From assembly GCF_963921235.1 (NCBI RefSeq), contig NC_086109.1, positions 22,942,001 through 23,006,000 of the forward strand: a stretch of 64,000 nt of DNA, in the 5' to 3' direction. The notes below the pieces were generated by a model. That model searched no databases. It was not told the DNA's origin and saw only the letters and a list, made by a program, of their open reading frames with translations. The position numbers and the translations under genes are program-made. Position 1 is the first letter of the stretch. Each line of letters opens with the position of its first letter. This document shows positions 38,046 to 50,606 of the stretch, piece after piece. The DNA is from Mobula hypostoma. Its lineage: Eukaryota.

Positions 38046-38119
38046 GAAAGTAGTTCAGAGAGACATGAAAACGCCGACAGAAAGAAAGTAGTTCAGAGAG
38101 ACATGAAAACGCCGACAGA
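38046..38119. repeat. Tandem duplication: 36-bp exact copies, period 38
   Basis: GAAAGTAGTTCAGAGAGACATGAAAACGCCGACAGA at 38046-38081 and 38084-38119. Confidence 0.97.
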
Positions 38120-38684
38120 GAGAAAGCCACTCTCCACCCTCTAAAGCCAAACGGACAAGTGCAAATACAGTGGCTCCGAGGTCCCACGTGACCCAAGGCT
38201 AAAACTGACTCGAGGCCGGATATAATTGACCTGATCTCTAGTTAATCATTCAAATCTCAAAGGCAAATCCAATTAAGAAGCTAAGAGCTGGGTTATTAAA
38301 ACTTCTTTATGGGTTAAGAGAGCTTAAAATCTGTAAATGTCGACATTATCCCAGACACTCCAACCCAGTCAAATACAATTATCACTGATGAGATACCGCC
38401 CCCGCTACATTTGGCTTCCCATCTTTCTGCTAATACTAACATCTTTTGATCGGATCTTTCCTAACAGGTCGACAATGAATCGTTGCAAAAGAAAAACTGC
38501 TGGAGCATCTCAACGGGTCATTTGTGGAGAATTTGTGGTGGGGACTAGCAATATTTTGGGTGGAGATTTTCATCTCAGCTACTTTTCCGTGCCAGATATA
38601 GGGAATCAAAGGAAATGAGGGTCATGCAAGAAAATGGAGATGGAAGATCAATTATAGAACATTTACCTGTAAAGCACAGAGACA

Positions 38685-39200
38685 TTGGAGTATTGTATGC
38701 ACTTTCCGTCACCTACCTATAGGAAAAATGTAGTAAGGTTGAAAGAGTACAGAGAAAATTTACAAGGATGTTGCCGGGTCTGGAGGACGTGAGTTATAAG
38801 GAAATATTGAATAGGTTAGGACTTTATTCCTTGGAACATAGACTGTGAGGAGATTTGATAAAGGTATACAAAATTATGAGGGTACAAATAGGGTAAAAGC
38901 AAGCAGGCTTTTTCCACTGAGGTTGGGTGGGAGCCAGAGGTCATGGGTTAAGGGTGAAAGGTGAAAGCTTAAGGGGAACATGAGTGGAAACTTTTTCACC
39001 CAGAGGGTCGTGAGAGCGTTTCCTGAGCTGCCAGCACAAGTGATGCATGTGAGCTTGATTTCATCATTTAGGGGAAGTTTGGATAGATACATGGATGGTA
39101 GGGTTATGGAGGGCTGTAATCCCAGTGCAGGCCAATGTGAGTAGGCAGTTTAAATGTCTTGACGTGGACAAGATGGGCTGAAGGGCCTGTTTCTATGACT
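38685..39200 (+). mobile_element. CR1 LINE 3' fragment
   Basis: ttggagtattgt...gaaagagtacagagaaaatttacaaggatgttgccggg...CR1 3' UTR. Confidence 0.88.
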
Positions 39201-40002
39201 CTACAGGGAGTTCAGCCCAGGATGTCTGTGCTGACCCGTACGCCAAATGGAACTAATCCCACCTGGCAGCACAGGATCTATAATCTCTCAATGTCCTTCA
39301 CATTCATATGTCTACCTAAATGACTCTCAAATGCCACACTCACTGTCTGTTTCCAGCACCCCTGGCAGCATGTTGCAGGCACCCACCACTTAATCTGTAA
39401 AAAAAATTTCTCTGCAAATCTCCTTTCAACTTTTACCCAATATTAATATCAACTCTCAACAAGGAATTATTCAACCTAGTATGTCCAATATGTAAATGTT
39501 TAAGTATAACTTCTTTCCTTTTATACCCATCTCCCAGTTAAGTTCCCACCATCCTTTGAATTTTATAGAAATGCTGTTCTTTCTTTTCCTTATCCCAATT
39601 TTGTCGCCACAGTGATCTAATAGACTTTGCAATTATGGCTCTCACCTTCCCTTTATGCAAGGCACCACAACCTTTACATCCTTAATTTTAAGTGATTGCT
39701 TAGCTAGAAAGTCTGCCACTTCATTTCCTTCAAACCGAACACGGGCAGATTTTTTTGTGCCCATTTTTTTCCCATCCACCCAAAACTGAAGACCTTATCG
39801 ATGCAGTGGTCCCAAAACTCTATTAATGTTGCCAATATTGGACTACCAACTTATGTCCTCTTATGTTAACTAAATAAACCATTTCTAACTGTAACCTGCA
39901 TTGGTGTAAAGGGACTTCACCCCTTTCTACCAGTAATACAGAAATTGGGGATGATTTAGTAGCACCACAAGTTTTTTTAATATACAGTATTTACCATGTG
40001 TG

Positions 40003-40311
40003 TTGGCGCGTGGCCAAGTGGTCAAGGCGTTGGTCTAGAGATCTGAAGGTCGCTAGTTCGAGCCTCAGCTGAGGTAGCGTGTTGTGTCCTTGAGCAAGAC
40101 ACTTAACCACACATTGCTCTGCGATGACACCGTTGCCAAGCTGTATCGGCCCTAGTGCCCTTCCCTTGGACAACATCAGTGTTGTGGAGAGGGGAGACTT
40201 GCAGCATGGGCAACTGCCAGTCTTCCATACAACCTTGCCCAGGCCTGCTCCCTGGAAACCTTCCAAGGCACAAATCCATGGTCTCACAAGAGTAACGGAT
40301 GCCTATATATA
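40003..40311 (+). mobile_element. tRNA-derived CORE-like SINE with intact Pol III boxes
   Basis: A box TGGCCAAGTGG at 40011-40021, B box GTTCGAGCC at 40056-40064, CORE-like gtgtccttgagcaagacacttaacc, (TA)n tail. Confidence 0.8.
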
Positions 40312-41251
40312 TCACGTACTGGATTGTACTGCTGCCGCAAAGTTAACAAATTTGATGACATATGCTGGTGATATTAAACCTGATTCTGATCCTCATTTCA
40401 ATGCTTGAACTTGAACTTTATCAAGGGGCTTTAAGACAGCTGGTGAGGCTGACCCAAAAGCAACAGATCGGTAATCAAAGAGAGATCTGATTAAAGCGAT
40501 ATACATTTGTTTAAGTGACCTCCTCGTCACACCCCAATCACACTCAACTAAGCACCTGAGCACACAACGGGCTTTTTCACACTTCTCTAGAATTGTATTC
40601 ACACACACCTTCCATACTGAGAACCTGTTCCACGGACTCTTGTTTAAAAGACTTACCATATAACTTGAGATCAATTGTGGGTGTAATGTTCCTTTCAGAA
40701 AAACAAATAACGCGAGCCTTTGCAACAGAAAATTTAAACCCCCACCAACATTCCCATTCCTCTACTTCATTAATAGCTGCCTGCATTTTCCTAACTATAT
40801 AACTTATACTCCAACCTCTCTTCAACACTTCACTGTCATCAGCATATAACAATTTGGAAATGTCTGAGCCAACATTTAAGAAAATATCATTAATCATAAT
40901 ATTAAAATGGAGTGGGCTACACACTCACCATGTGGAGTCCCATTCTCAATCTCAGACTCCTTAGAGAATATTGTTCTCACCCTAACTTATATCTTACTGT
41001 CACACAAAAAAAACTTGAATCGAATTGAACATTCTACCACCTATACCCATCTTTACCAATTTAAATAGCAATCCTTTGTCCATAACATATCATAAGCTTT
41101 CTCTATATCAAAGAAAGCTGCTACCACTGAGTTTTTATCAACTTTGGATTTACAAATATCAGATTCCAAGCTAAACACTGAGCCCACGGTCATTCTCCCT
41201 TTATGAAATCCAGATTGTTATACAGCTAATTTTCCACTACTTTTCACAACA

Positions 41252-44200
41252 TAGTGGAGAGGATGTTTCCCATGGTGGGAGAATCTAGGATCAAAGGGCA
41301 CGGTCTCAGAATAGAACATAGCACATAGAAATTTAAAGCACATTACAGGCTCTTCAGCCCACAATGTTATGTCGACCATACTCTAGAGACTGCTTAGAAT
41401 GTCCCTAGTGCATAGCCCTCTATTTTTCTAAACTCCATGTTCCTATCTAAAAGGCTCTTAAAAGACCCCATTGTATCCGCTTCTACCACCGCCGCTGGCA
41501 GTGCAGTCCATGCACCCACTACTGTGTGTGTGTGAAAATTTTACCTTTGACATCCCCTTTGTACCTATTTCCAAGCACCAGAAACTACGCCCCCTCATGT
41601 TAGCCATTTCAGCCCTGGGAAAAAGCCTCCAGCTATCCACACGATTAATGCCCCTCATCATCTTATACACCTCCGATCCTCTGTTGCTCCAAGGAGAAAA
41701 GGCCAAGTCCACTCAACCTATTCTCATAAGGTACACCCTCCAATCCAGGCAACATTCTTGTAAATCTCCTCTGCACTCTCTCTATAGTATCCACATACTT
41801 CCTGTAGTGAGGTGACCAGAACTGAACACAGTACTCCAAGTACGGTCTGACCAAAGGCTTATATAGCTGTAACATTACCTCATTGGCTCTTAAACTCAAT
41901 CCTACATTTAAGGAATGCCAACACACCATATGCCTTCTTGACAACACTGCCAACCTGCACAGTAGCTTTGAGTGTCCTATCGACACAGACACCAAGATTT
42001 CTCAGATCACTGCCAAGAGTCTTCGCATTTATATTATATTCTGTCTTCAAATTGGACTTACCAATATGAACCACTTCACACTTATCTGGGTTGAAGTCCA
42101 TCTGCCATTTTTCAGCCCAGTTCTGCATCCTATCGATGTCCCGCTGCAACCTCTGACAACCCTCCAGACTATCCACAACACCCCCAACCTTTGTGTCATC
42201 AGCCAACCTCCTAACCCACTCGTCTACTTCTCCATCCAAGTCATTTATAAAAATCACGAAGAGAAGGAGTCCCAGACAGATCCCTGAGGCACACCACTGG
42301 TCACCAACCTCCATGCAGAATACAAACCATTTACAACTACCCTTTGCCTTCTGTGGACAAGCCAATTCTGGATCCACAAAAGCAAGGTCTCCTTGGATCT
42401 CATGCCTCCTTACTTTCTGAAGGGAACCTTTCATGGGGAATCTTACTAAATGCCTTATGGAAATCCATATGCACTACATCAATCTACCTTCATCAACGTG
42501 CTTTGTTACTCCCTCAAAGAATTCAATCAGACTCATACAGCATGACCTGCCCTTGACAAAGCCATGCTGACTATCCCTAATCAAATTATGTCTCTCCAAA
42601 TGCTCATAACTCCTGCCTTTCAGGATTTTCTCCAACAACTTCCCACTACTGAAGTCAGACTCACTGGTCTATAATTTCCTGGGTTATCTCTATTCCTTTT
42701 GTTAAACAAGGGTACAACATTTGCAACCCTCCAATCCTCCAGTACTTCTCCCATCCCTATTGATGATGCAAAGATCATGGCAAGAGGCTCAGCAATCTCC
42801 TCCCTTATTTCCCACAGTAGCCTGGGGTATATCTCATCTGGTCCCAGTGACTTATCTAACTTAATGCTTTTCAAAAGCTCCTGCACATCCTCTTCCTTAA
42901 CATCTATATGCTCAAGTGTTTCAGTCTGCTGTAAGTCATCCCTACAATTGCCAAGGTCTTTTTCCCTGCTGAATAGTATTCATTAAGTACCTCCGCTACC
43001 TCCTCCGATTCCATGCATACATTACCACTATCGCACCTGATTGGTCCTATTCTCACATGACTCATCCTCTTGCTCTTCACATGTATAATGCTTTGGGGTT
43101 TTCCTTAATCCTGCTGACCAAGGCCTTCTCATGGCCCCTTCTGTCTCTCCTAATTCCATTCTTAAACTCCTTCCTAACAACCTTCTAATTTTCTAGAGCT
43201 CTAATAGTACTTACTTTCTTGAACCTTTCATAAGCTTTTCTTTTTTTCTTAATTAGATTTTCTACATACTTTGTACACCGTGGTTCTTTAACTCTACCAT
43301 CCTTTCCCTGCATCAATGAAACATACCTACGCTGAACTCTATGAACTCTATGGAAGTGTTCCCTGAATATTTGCCATATTTCTGCCGTGCATTTCCCTGA
43401 GAACATCTGCTCCCAATTTATGCTCTCAAGTTCCTGCCTAATAGCATCATATTTCCCCCTACCCCAATTAAATGTTTTCCCAAATTGTCTGCTCCTATCC
43501 CTCTCCAGCGCTTTGGTGAAGGAAATAGAATTGTGGTCACTACCTCCAAAATGCTCTCCAACCGAGAGATCCGACACCTGACCAGGTTCATTTCCCAATA
43601 TCAGATCAAGTACAGCCTCTCCTCTATTTGGCTTATCTACATATTGCATCAGGAAACCTTCCTGAGCACACCTAACAAATTCCACCCCTTCTAAAACTCT
43701 TGCACCAAGGATATTCCAATCAATATTAGGAAAGTTAAAATCACCCATCACAACAACCCTATTATTACTGCTCTGTTCCAGAATCTTCCTTCCTATCTGC
43801 TCCTCGATATCCCTGTTACAATTGGGGGGGGGGGGTCTATATAAAAACACCCAGTAGATTTATTGCTCCTTTCCTGTTTGTAACTTCCACCCACACTGAC
43901 TCAGTCGACAATTCCTCCATGACTTCCTCCTTTTCTGCAGCCGTGACACTGTCCCTAATTAGCAATGCCATGCCCCCACCTCTTTTGCCTCCCTCTCTGT
44001 TCTTTTTGAAACATCTAAAGCCTGGCACACCCAGCAGCCATTCCTGCTCCTGGGACAGCCGAGTCTCTGTAATAGCCACAATGTCACAGTTCCACATATT
44101 GATCCATGCTCTAAGTTCATCTGCTTTGTTTACAATACTCCTTGCATTAAAATAGACACATCTTAAACCATCAGGCTGAGTGCATCTTTGCTCTAACATC

Positions 44201-44602
44201 TGTCTATCCTTCCTCACAAACTCCCTACAAGCTGTCTCGACTTGTGCTCCAACCTCCCCATCTTCTGCCTCTTCACTTCAGTTCCCACCCCCTGCAAATC
44301 TAGTTTAAACCCTCCCCAGTAGAGGGATGTCTTCTTAGAACAAAGATGAGGAGGAATTTCTTTAGCCAGAGAGTGGTGAATCTGTGGAATTTGTTGCCAC
44401 AGGTGGCTGTGGAGGCCAAGTCTTTAGATATTTTTAAGGCAGAGGTCGATAGATTATTGACTGATCAGGGTGTGAAGGGATACAGGGAGAAGGCAGAAGA
44501 TTGGAGCTGAGAGGGAAAATGGATCAGCCATGATGAAATGGCAGAGCGGACTTGATGGGCTAAATCACATAATTCTGCTCTTACATCTTATGGTCTTATG
44601 GT
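41252..44602 (+). mobile_element. CR1 3' fragment split into 41252-41313 and ~44319-44602 by a younger CR1
   Basis: ...gggcacggtctcagaatag | agggatgtcttcttagaac... rejoins into the continuous CR1 3' sequence seen at 26.8-27.1 kb. Confidence 0.8.
41311..44318 (-). mobile_element. CR1 LINE ORF2 (EN and RT), 5'-truncated, frameshifted
   Basis: CVYFNARSIVNKADELRAWI..AITETRL; MGDFNFPNIDW; GGSDHNSISF; PGNYRPVSLTSVVG; FINDLD..LADDTKVGG; LVRPYLEYCVQFWSP; (ATAGAAC)n-like tail. Confidence 0.95.
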
Positions 44603-45176
44603 CCAAAATAAGAAAGCCTTGCTATAACCATTCGTTCCATTATCTTACATACACGTGAAGTTAGCAAAATAGGTCTATAACTGGAAGTATCTGATTGATC
44701 CTTGCCAGGAATACAGGGATAACAACTGCTAATTTACAGGAAGGAAGTAGTCACCCTTCAATCCATATTGTATTAAAGAATTCCAAGACCAACATAAGTT
44801 TTGAATTTTATAAGAGTGTAAAGATATTACTGTATAACAAAAGTAGTCTTTCCCAGCACTATTAATAACCCTTTGAAATTCAGACAATGTAAATTCAACA
44901 TCCAAGTGGGAACTGGGACATTGTCTTTTCTCAGCAATCTGAGGATTGCTTGCTAAAACTGTCTCTCTATAGGACCTCCCTACTTAAATTGGCCAAACTA
45001 TGTACTGCACATCGACATATGTTTTTGCTAATAATTCTGCTTTTTTCAGCGGCAGTAACTGCAAACTTCTTCCTACAATACAAAAGCGGTAGCTCGTCAA
45101 GTTTTCCAACTCTCCCCATTTTTCATATCATGCCCCAAACTTCTCCTACCTAGATCTCTTTCCCAATACTATCACA

Positions 45177-47575
45177 GTCATCATCATTTTACATGCCGTG
45201 TCATAGGATGTAGGCAATCATGATCCCATGACCATGATTGTTCTTGGGAAATTTTTCTACAGAAGTGGTTTGCCATTGTCTTCTTCTGGGCAGTATCTTT
45301 ACAAGATTGGCTGTTCTCAATCGCTCCAGGGTTGTTTTGAGGTGACAGACTGGCAGGCACTCTGTGAGCCACATGGAGAGCATACTGATGGGCTCATAGA
45401 GTGCATCACTGATTACGTCAACTTCTGTGTGGACTGCAATGTTCTGACAAGAACTATCCTTTGTTATTCAAATAACAAGGCATGTGTGACAAAGGACATT
45501 AAGGACATCCTGGACGCTAAAAAGAGGGTGTTTAGAGATGGAAATAGGGAGGAGCTGAGGCCAATACAGAGAGACCTGAAAGCCAGGATCAGGAAGGCTA
45601 AAGACAGGTACAGGAGGAAGCATGAGTGGAAACTCCAGCAGAACAACATGAGAGAGTTCTGGAGGGGGATGAGGACCATCACTGGGTTCTGGCAAACTAG
45701 CAACAGAGGAGCGGAAGGCAGTGTGGACAGGGCCAATGAACTTAACCTGTTCTTTAACAGATTTGACATTGTGGCCCCTGCCCATCCCACACATGAGCCA
45801 TCTGTTGTCGGCCCCCAACCGACACATATTCCACTCTCCCCTCCTACCCCTCCTCACAGTCCCCCACCCTGCTCTCATGACTATACCCCTTCCCCACACG
45901 AAACCACCATGGTGGGGTTCACGGCTGAACAGGTGAGAAGACAGCTGAAACGACTCAACCCAAGCAAGGTTGCAGGACCGGATGGTGTCAGTACCAGGGT
46001 GCTCAAAGCCTGTGCCCCTCAGCTATGTGGAGTACTTTGCCATGTTTTCAACCTGAGCCTGAGGCTCCGGAGGGTTCCTGTACTGTGGAAGATGTCCTGC
46101 CTCGTCCCTGTGCCGAAGATGCTGCGCCCCAGTGGCCTCAATGACTATAGACCGGTGGCATTGACCTCCCACATCATGGAGACCCTGGAGAGACTTGTTC
46201 TGGAGCTGCTCCGGCCTATGGTCTGGCTACAATTAGATCCCCTCCAGTTCGCCTACCAGCCCCGACTAGGAGTTGAGGATGCCATTGTCTACCTGCTGAA
46301 CCATGTCTACGCCCACCTGGACAAGCCAGCGAGCAGTGTGAGGGTCATGTTTTTTGATTTCTCCAGTACGTTCAACATCATCCGCCCTGCTCTGCTGGGG
46401 GAGAAGCTGACAGCGATGCAGGTGGATGCTTTTCCTGGTGTCATGGATTCTTGATTACCTGACTGGCAGACCACAGTACGTGTGCTTGCAACACTGTGTG
46501 TCCGACAGAGTGATCAGCAGCACTGGGGCTCCACAGGGGACTCTCTTGTCTCCCTTTCTCTTCACCATTTACACCTCGGACTTCAACTACTGCACAGAGT
46601 CTTGTCATCTTCAGAAGTTTTTGGATGACTCTGCCATAGTTGGATGCATCAGCAAGGGAGATGAGGCTGAGTACAGGGCTACAGTAGGAAACTTTGTCAC
46701 ATGGTGTGAGCAGAATTATCTGCAGCTTAATGTGAAAAAGACTAAGGAGCTGGTGGTAGACCTGAGGAGAGCTAGGGTACCGGTGACCCCTGTTTCCATC
46801 CAGGGGGTCAGTGTGGACATGATGGAGGATTATAAATACCTGGGGATACGAATTGACAATAAACTGGACTGGTCAAAGAACACTGAGGCTGTCTACAAGA
46901 AGGGTCAGAGCCATCTCTATTTCCTGAGGAGACTGAGGTCCTTTAACATCTGCCGGACAATGCTGAGGATGTTCTACAAGTCTGTGGTGGCCAGTGCTAT
47001 CATGCTGTTGTGTGCTGGGGCAGCAGGCTGAGGGTAGCAGACACCAACAGAATCAACAAACTCAACCGTAAGGCCAGTGATGTTGTGGGGATGGAACTGG
47101 ACTCTCTCACGATGGTGTCTGAAAAGAGGGTGGTGTCTGAAAAGAGGGTGCTGTCTAAGTTGCATGCCATCTTGGTCAATGTCTCCCATCCACTACATAA
47201 CGTACTGGTTGGGCACAGGAGTACATTCAGCCAGAGACTCATTCCACCGAGATGCGGCACAGAGCATCATAGGAAGTCATTCCTGCCTGTGGCCATCAAA
47301 CTTTACAACTTCTCCCTTGGAGGGTCAGACACCCTGAGCCAATAGGCTGGTCCTAGACATTTTCATAATTTACTGGCATAATTTAAATATTACTATTTAA
47401 CTATTTATGGTTCTATTACTATTTACTATTTATGGTGCAACTCTAATGAAAACCAATTTCCCCCGGGATCAAAAAAGTATGACTATGACTATTATCAAAT
47501 ATTCATCAAAGATTGTCTTCCTGGCATCAGTGGTTGCATAATCAGGACTTGTGATATGCATCGGCTGATCATACT
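45177..47575 (-). mobile_element. RTE-tail SINE/fragment split (45177-45312 and 47491-47575) by the Rex1 insertion
   Basis: (CAT)n tail and agaagtggtttgccattgtcttcttctgg (RTE-type 3' motif, reverse complement); continues after the Rex1 tail with attatcaaa...gattgtcttcctggcatcagtgg. Confidence 0.6.
45322..47490 (+). mobile_element. Rex1/Babar LINE, 5'-truncated, nearly intact ORF (two frameshifts)
   Basis: ORFs 45228-46454, 46426-47031 and 47010-47345 concatenate: LQGCFEVTDW..KVAGPDGVSTRVLKACA..DYRPVALTSHIM..QFAYQP..VRVMFFDFSSTFNII..GAPQGTLLSPFLF..FLDDSAIVG..YKYLG; (ATGACT)n tail. Confidence 0.93.
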
Positions 47576-49489
47576 GTGAATGTACAATCACAGTACGTTC
47601 TCCAATTCATTTCTTTGCCCTTCCCACTACTTTTCTAATTATAGCTTGAGCTCTTTCAAATTGTATGAAAGATGAATAGGAGTGACACTCTCTAACTTTC
47701 CCATAAGCTTTATTCTGCTTCTTCATAGCTTTTTTTTAACATTCATCCATCCACTAGGGAATATCTTTCCTTTTAGTATCTCCCAACGATCTGGGAATTG
47801 ATTCCTTAGCTACTGAGTTGAATACAGAGCATACTCAATTCAATATCCTCTAAAACCAAATCATCAGAAATTCTCCTTTCAAATAAATCGTCAAATGCAT
47901 CACAATTTGCCTTTTTAAAAATTCCATCTGGAGCTATGAGAACCTTTTCTCTGATACACAATTGACTCATAAACAACTCTAATTGCCATAACTCTATTGA
48001 AATAACTCCCACATTTGCCAGTCCTCCTCCAGTACCCATTTTCCAATCATTTCTTGTATCACCACCAGAACTTGGTATCTTAAAACTTAGACAAGATTTC
48101 AACCAGGTTTCCTGTACACATATAATATCAGGTTTATCTAGTAAACCTTCAATAAATGTCATAAATTCTTGACCATTAGCCAACTGGCATCTAGCATTCC
48201 ATTGCAAGATTAGGAAAACCATTAGCAGTCCTCCTTTGAAGTCTGAACACTATTTACTCCTCCTTGTAAATCACCGTTAATAACTTCTAGAGTTAAGTCT
48301 TTTATCTCAATATGTTTTCCTCTAGCTTTTAATGTAATTTTAATTTTTCTGTCCTACTTTTGGTTCATGCTCTACAATTTACTCATCTACCATGCAAGTG
48401 ACACACTTTAGTCTGTTAACAATCAATGAATCCTTTGTTATTCAATCATGCACTTTACACACTGTATCCTGGATATCAATAGGTCCTATTTACACTGTCT
48501 TCTGTACTTTCTGCAGGGGCTTTGCATATGATATGTCCATTTCCAACTGAATATACTGCATTTCCACAGCTTTTAATATACACGATACCATGCATAAGCA
48601 GAGCTATTCTCCCACTACAGTTACAACATTTTAGCCTAACACATTCTCCACAATCGCATAATCATGTTCTACACCATATCTACTATCTTGCTTTTTATCC
48701 TTACACCCAGCTGCTACATGGCCAAATTTCTGGCATTGAAAACATCGCGGAGAGGGGGGCACATAGACTCGAACATATAACTCACTTAACCTAAATTAAC
48801 CCTGTCCGGCAACATTTTTCCAAAAAATTTAATCAACACCGATAAGCTATTTGTTCTTACTCCACCATGAAACCCTTTTAAACATTTAGTGTCCAATACT
48901 TTACCCCAACTAAATTATTTTTTAACTTCGTCCATGGATGCATCAGGAGGCTCTCCAGAGATTACTCCCCAAAGCCATCATCATTGAAAATAATTCCTTG
49001 GTATTACTTTCGTTCCTCCCATGGCTTTTAACTCCAATGGTTTCTCATATTGCATACTATCTATATAAAGTACAAAGAGTGCCCTATCTTTTAAAGGTTT
49101 TGCACCCATAATATCTCTTAATACTTTTTTTCCAAATCCTAAGTTAGTCTAATTGGATAGATATCGAAAGTAGGTCCACATTCAAAACTCAACAAAATCT
49201 TAAACTCCTCCTTCTTTGTTTCATTTAATTCCTGTCTATTGCTGTCATCTCTGGATGATAAGCCACAACAATCCTTGTGCCAATTATTTTTCCGTTTCTC
49301 AGAAACCTGCCATTTGCCTTCTTCCATATAACTCCGATCACCCAATATCATCACCCCAGTTCGCTACATGTCTTCTCTATCCCTTCCTGCCATCTGTACC
49401 CCTCTTCCTGTCAGAGAGCTACACTCAACAGCACACTTAACCCTTTGCTCCAACCCTAATCAATAAATGTCGTTCAATCCATTCAAATA

Positions 49490-49860
49490 TGCTCTTACCT
49501 CTTCTCCTCACCTACCTGTAACCTCCCCTGGTGACCCTCCTCCTTCCCTTTCTCCCTTTCCCTCATGGTCCACTTGCCTCTCCTATCAGATATCTCCTTC
49601 TTCAGCCCTTTAACTTTTCCACCTATCACCTCCCAGCTTCTCCCTTCATGCCCCTTTCCCTACCTACCTGGATTCACCTATCACCTACTAGCTTGTATTT
49701 CTTCCCCTCCCCACCCACTCCAGCAGCATCTTCTTATTCTGACATTTTCTCCTGTCCTTTCTAGTCCTGATGAGGGGTCTCAGCCTGAAACTTTGACTGT
49801 TCATTCCTTTCCATTGATGCTGCCAGACCTGCTGAGTTTCTCCAGCATTTTGTGTGCATT
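49490..49860 (+). mobile_element. Penelope-like 3' fragment with hammerhead remnant
   Basis: Pyrimidine-rich tract, then AGTC-CTGATGA-GGGGTCTCAGCCT-GAAAC-TTT-GACT (49763-49798) and pLTR end. Confidence 0.8.
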
Positions 49861-50606
49861 AATCAGTACATTTTTTTGGGATGTGGGAGGAAACACACGA
49901 GGTCACCGGAGCACGTACAAGCTCCTTATAGACAGCGGCAGAATTAAACCCGGGTCACTGCCACTGTAATGCTGTCTGCCTTATCCAACAATGACTGAAG
50001 ACCTGTGCAGGAGTGTTTTTAAAGTGGAAAAACTTTTGTTGGGGCAGTTCTGCTTTCTCGATCTTAGAAGCCCAGGTCTGGGGACAAACTGGGGTCATCC
50101 TTGATTGCAGTAGATGACCATGACATCTTCTGTGCCTTGTCATGCCCTTTGCTCTGCATTGGATCTCACGCGACCAATCTGACTTCACCAGCTGGGACAG
50201 GCATGTCCCTATCTCACTGGAGCCTGCCCTCACCTGTTGAAATGGCATACCAGGGGGTAGTCACTGTCAAGGACTTCACCCACTCCAGATAGTCTCTCTT
50301 CCCCCTCCTCCCATTGGGCAGAAAATAAAAGAGCCCAAAAACACAAATCACCAGGCCCAAGGACAGTGTCTATCCTGCTATTATAAAACTATTGAACAGA
50401 CCTCTTGTAAGGCAAGATAGATTCTTTTCCTCAATTTACCTTATCATGACCTTGCCCCTCATTGTCTGCCTGACTGTAACACTATTTTCTTCATCCTGTT
50501 ATTGCCTTTCCCTTGTATTACTTCAGGGTACTGTTGTGATGAAAAGATCTGTAGGGATTGCATCAAAACAAAGTTTTTAAACTGTGTCTCATTACATGTG
50601 ACAATA

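Larger units (their letters stand above)
37900..38230 (-). promoter_or_regulatory. Putative promoter / 5' end of the SYPL2-like gene
   Basis: Local CpG enrichment; TATATAAG at 38014-38007 (minus); half-CRE TGACGC near 37987; GTCACGTG E-box (USF/MiT type) at 38192-38185; no recognisable TE. Confidence 0.55.
40395..49480 (-). mobile_element. Nimb/I-clade LINE, degenerate and fragmented by nested insertions
   Basis: ORF1 knuckle VRVYVP..RCFQCQKFGHVAAGC (~48.7 kb); EN ILQWNAR...PDIICVQETWLK (47.8-48.2 kb); RT QSGFHKGR..FFDIEKAYD (~41.1 kb), SPLHFNIMINDIF..LYADD, WGVTRRSLKQMYIALIRSLFDY (40.4-40.9 kb). All pieces are colinear on the minus strand. Confidence 0.8.

Noticed and set aside
40003..40075. 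tRNA gene look-alike (also HE1-type heads at 29.4, 30.0 and 36.6 kb)
   Set aside because: Continues into a SINE body and tail; no convincing cloverleaf or terminator.
45228..45321. N-terminus of the 408-aa ORF as a genuine start
   Set aside because: Chance in-frame fusion of the antisense host element with the truncated Rex1 frame.
49960..50270. Possible HDV-like ribozyme in an RTE-like fragment
   Set aside because: The nested double pseudoknot could not be assigned by eye; the fragment is degenerate and its family assignment is tentative.
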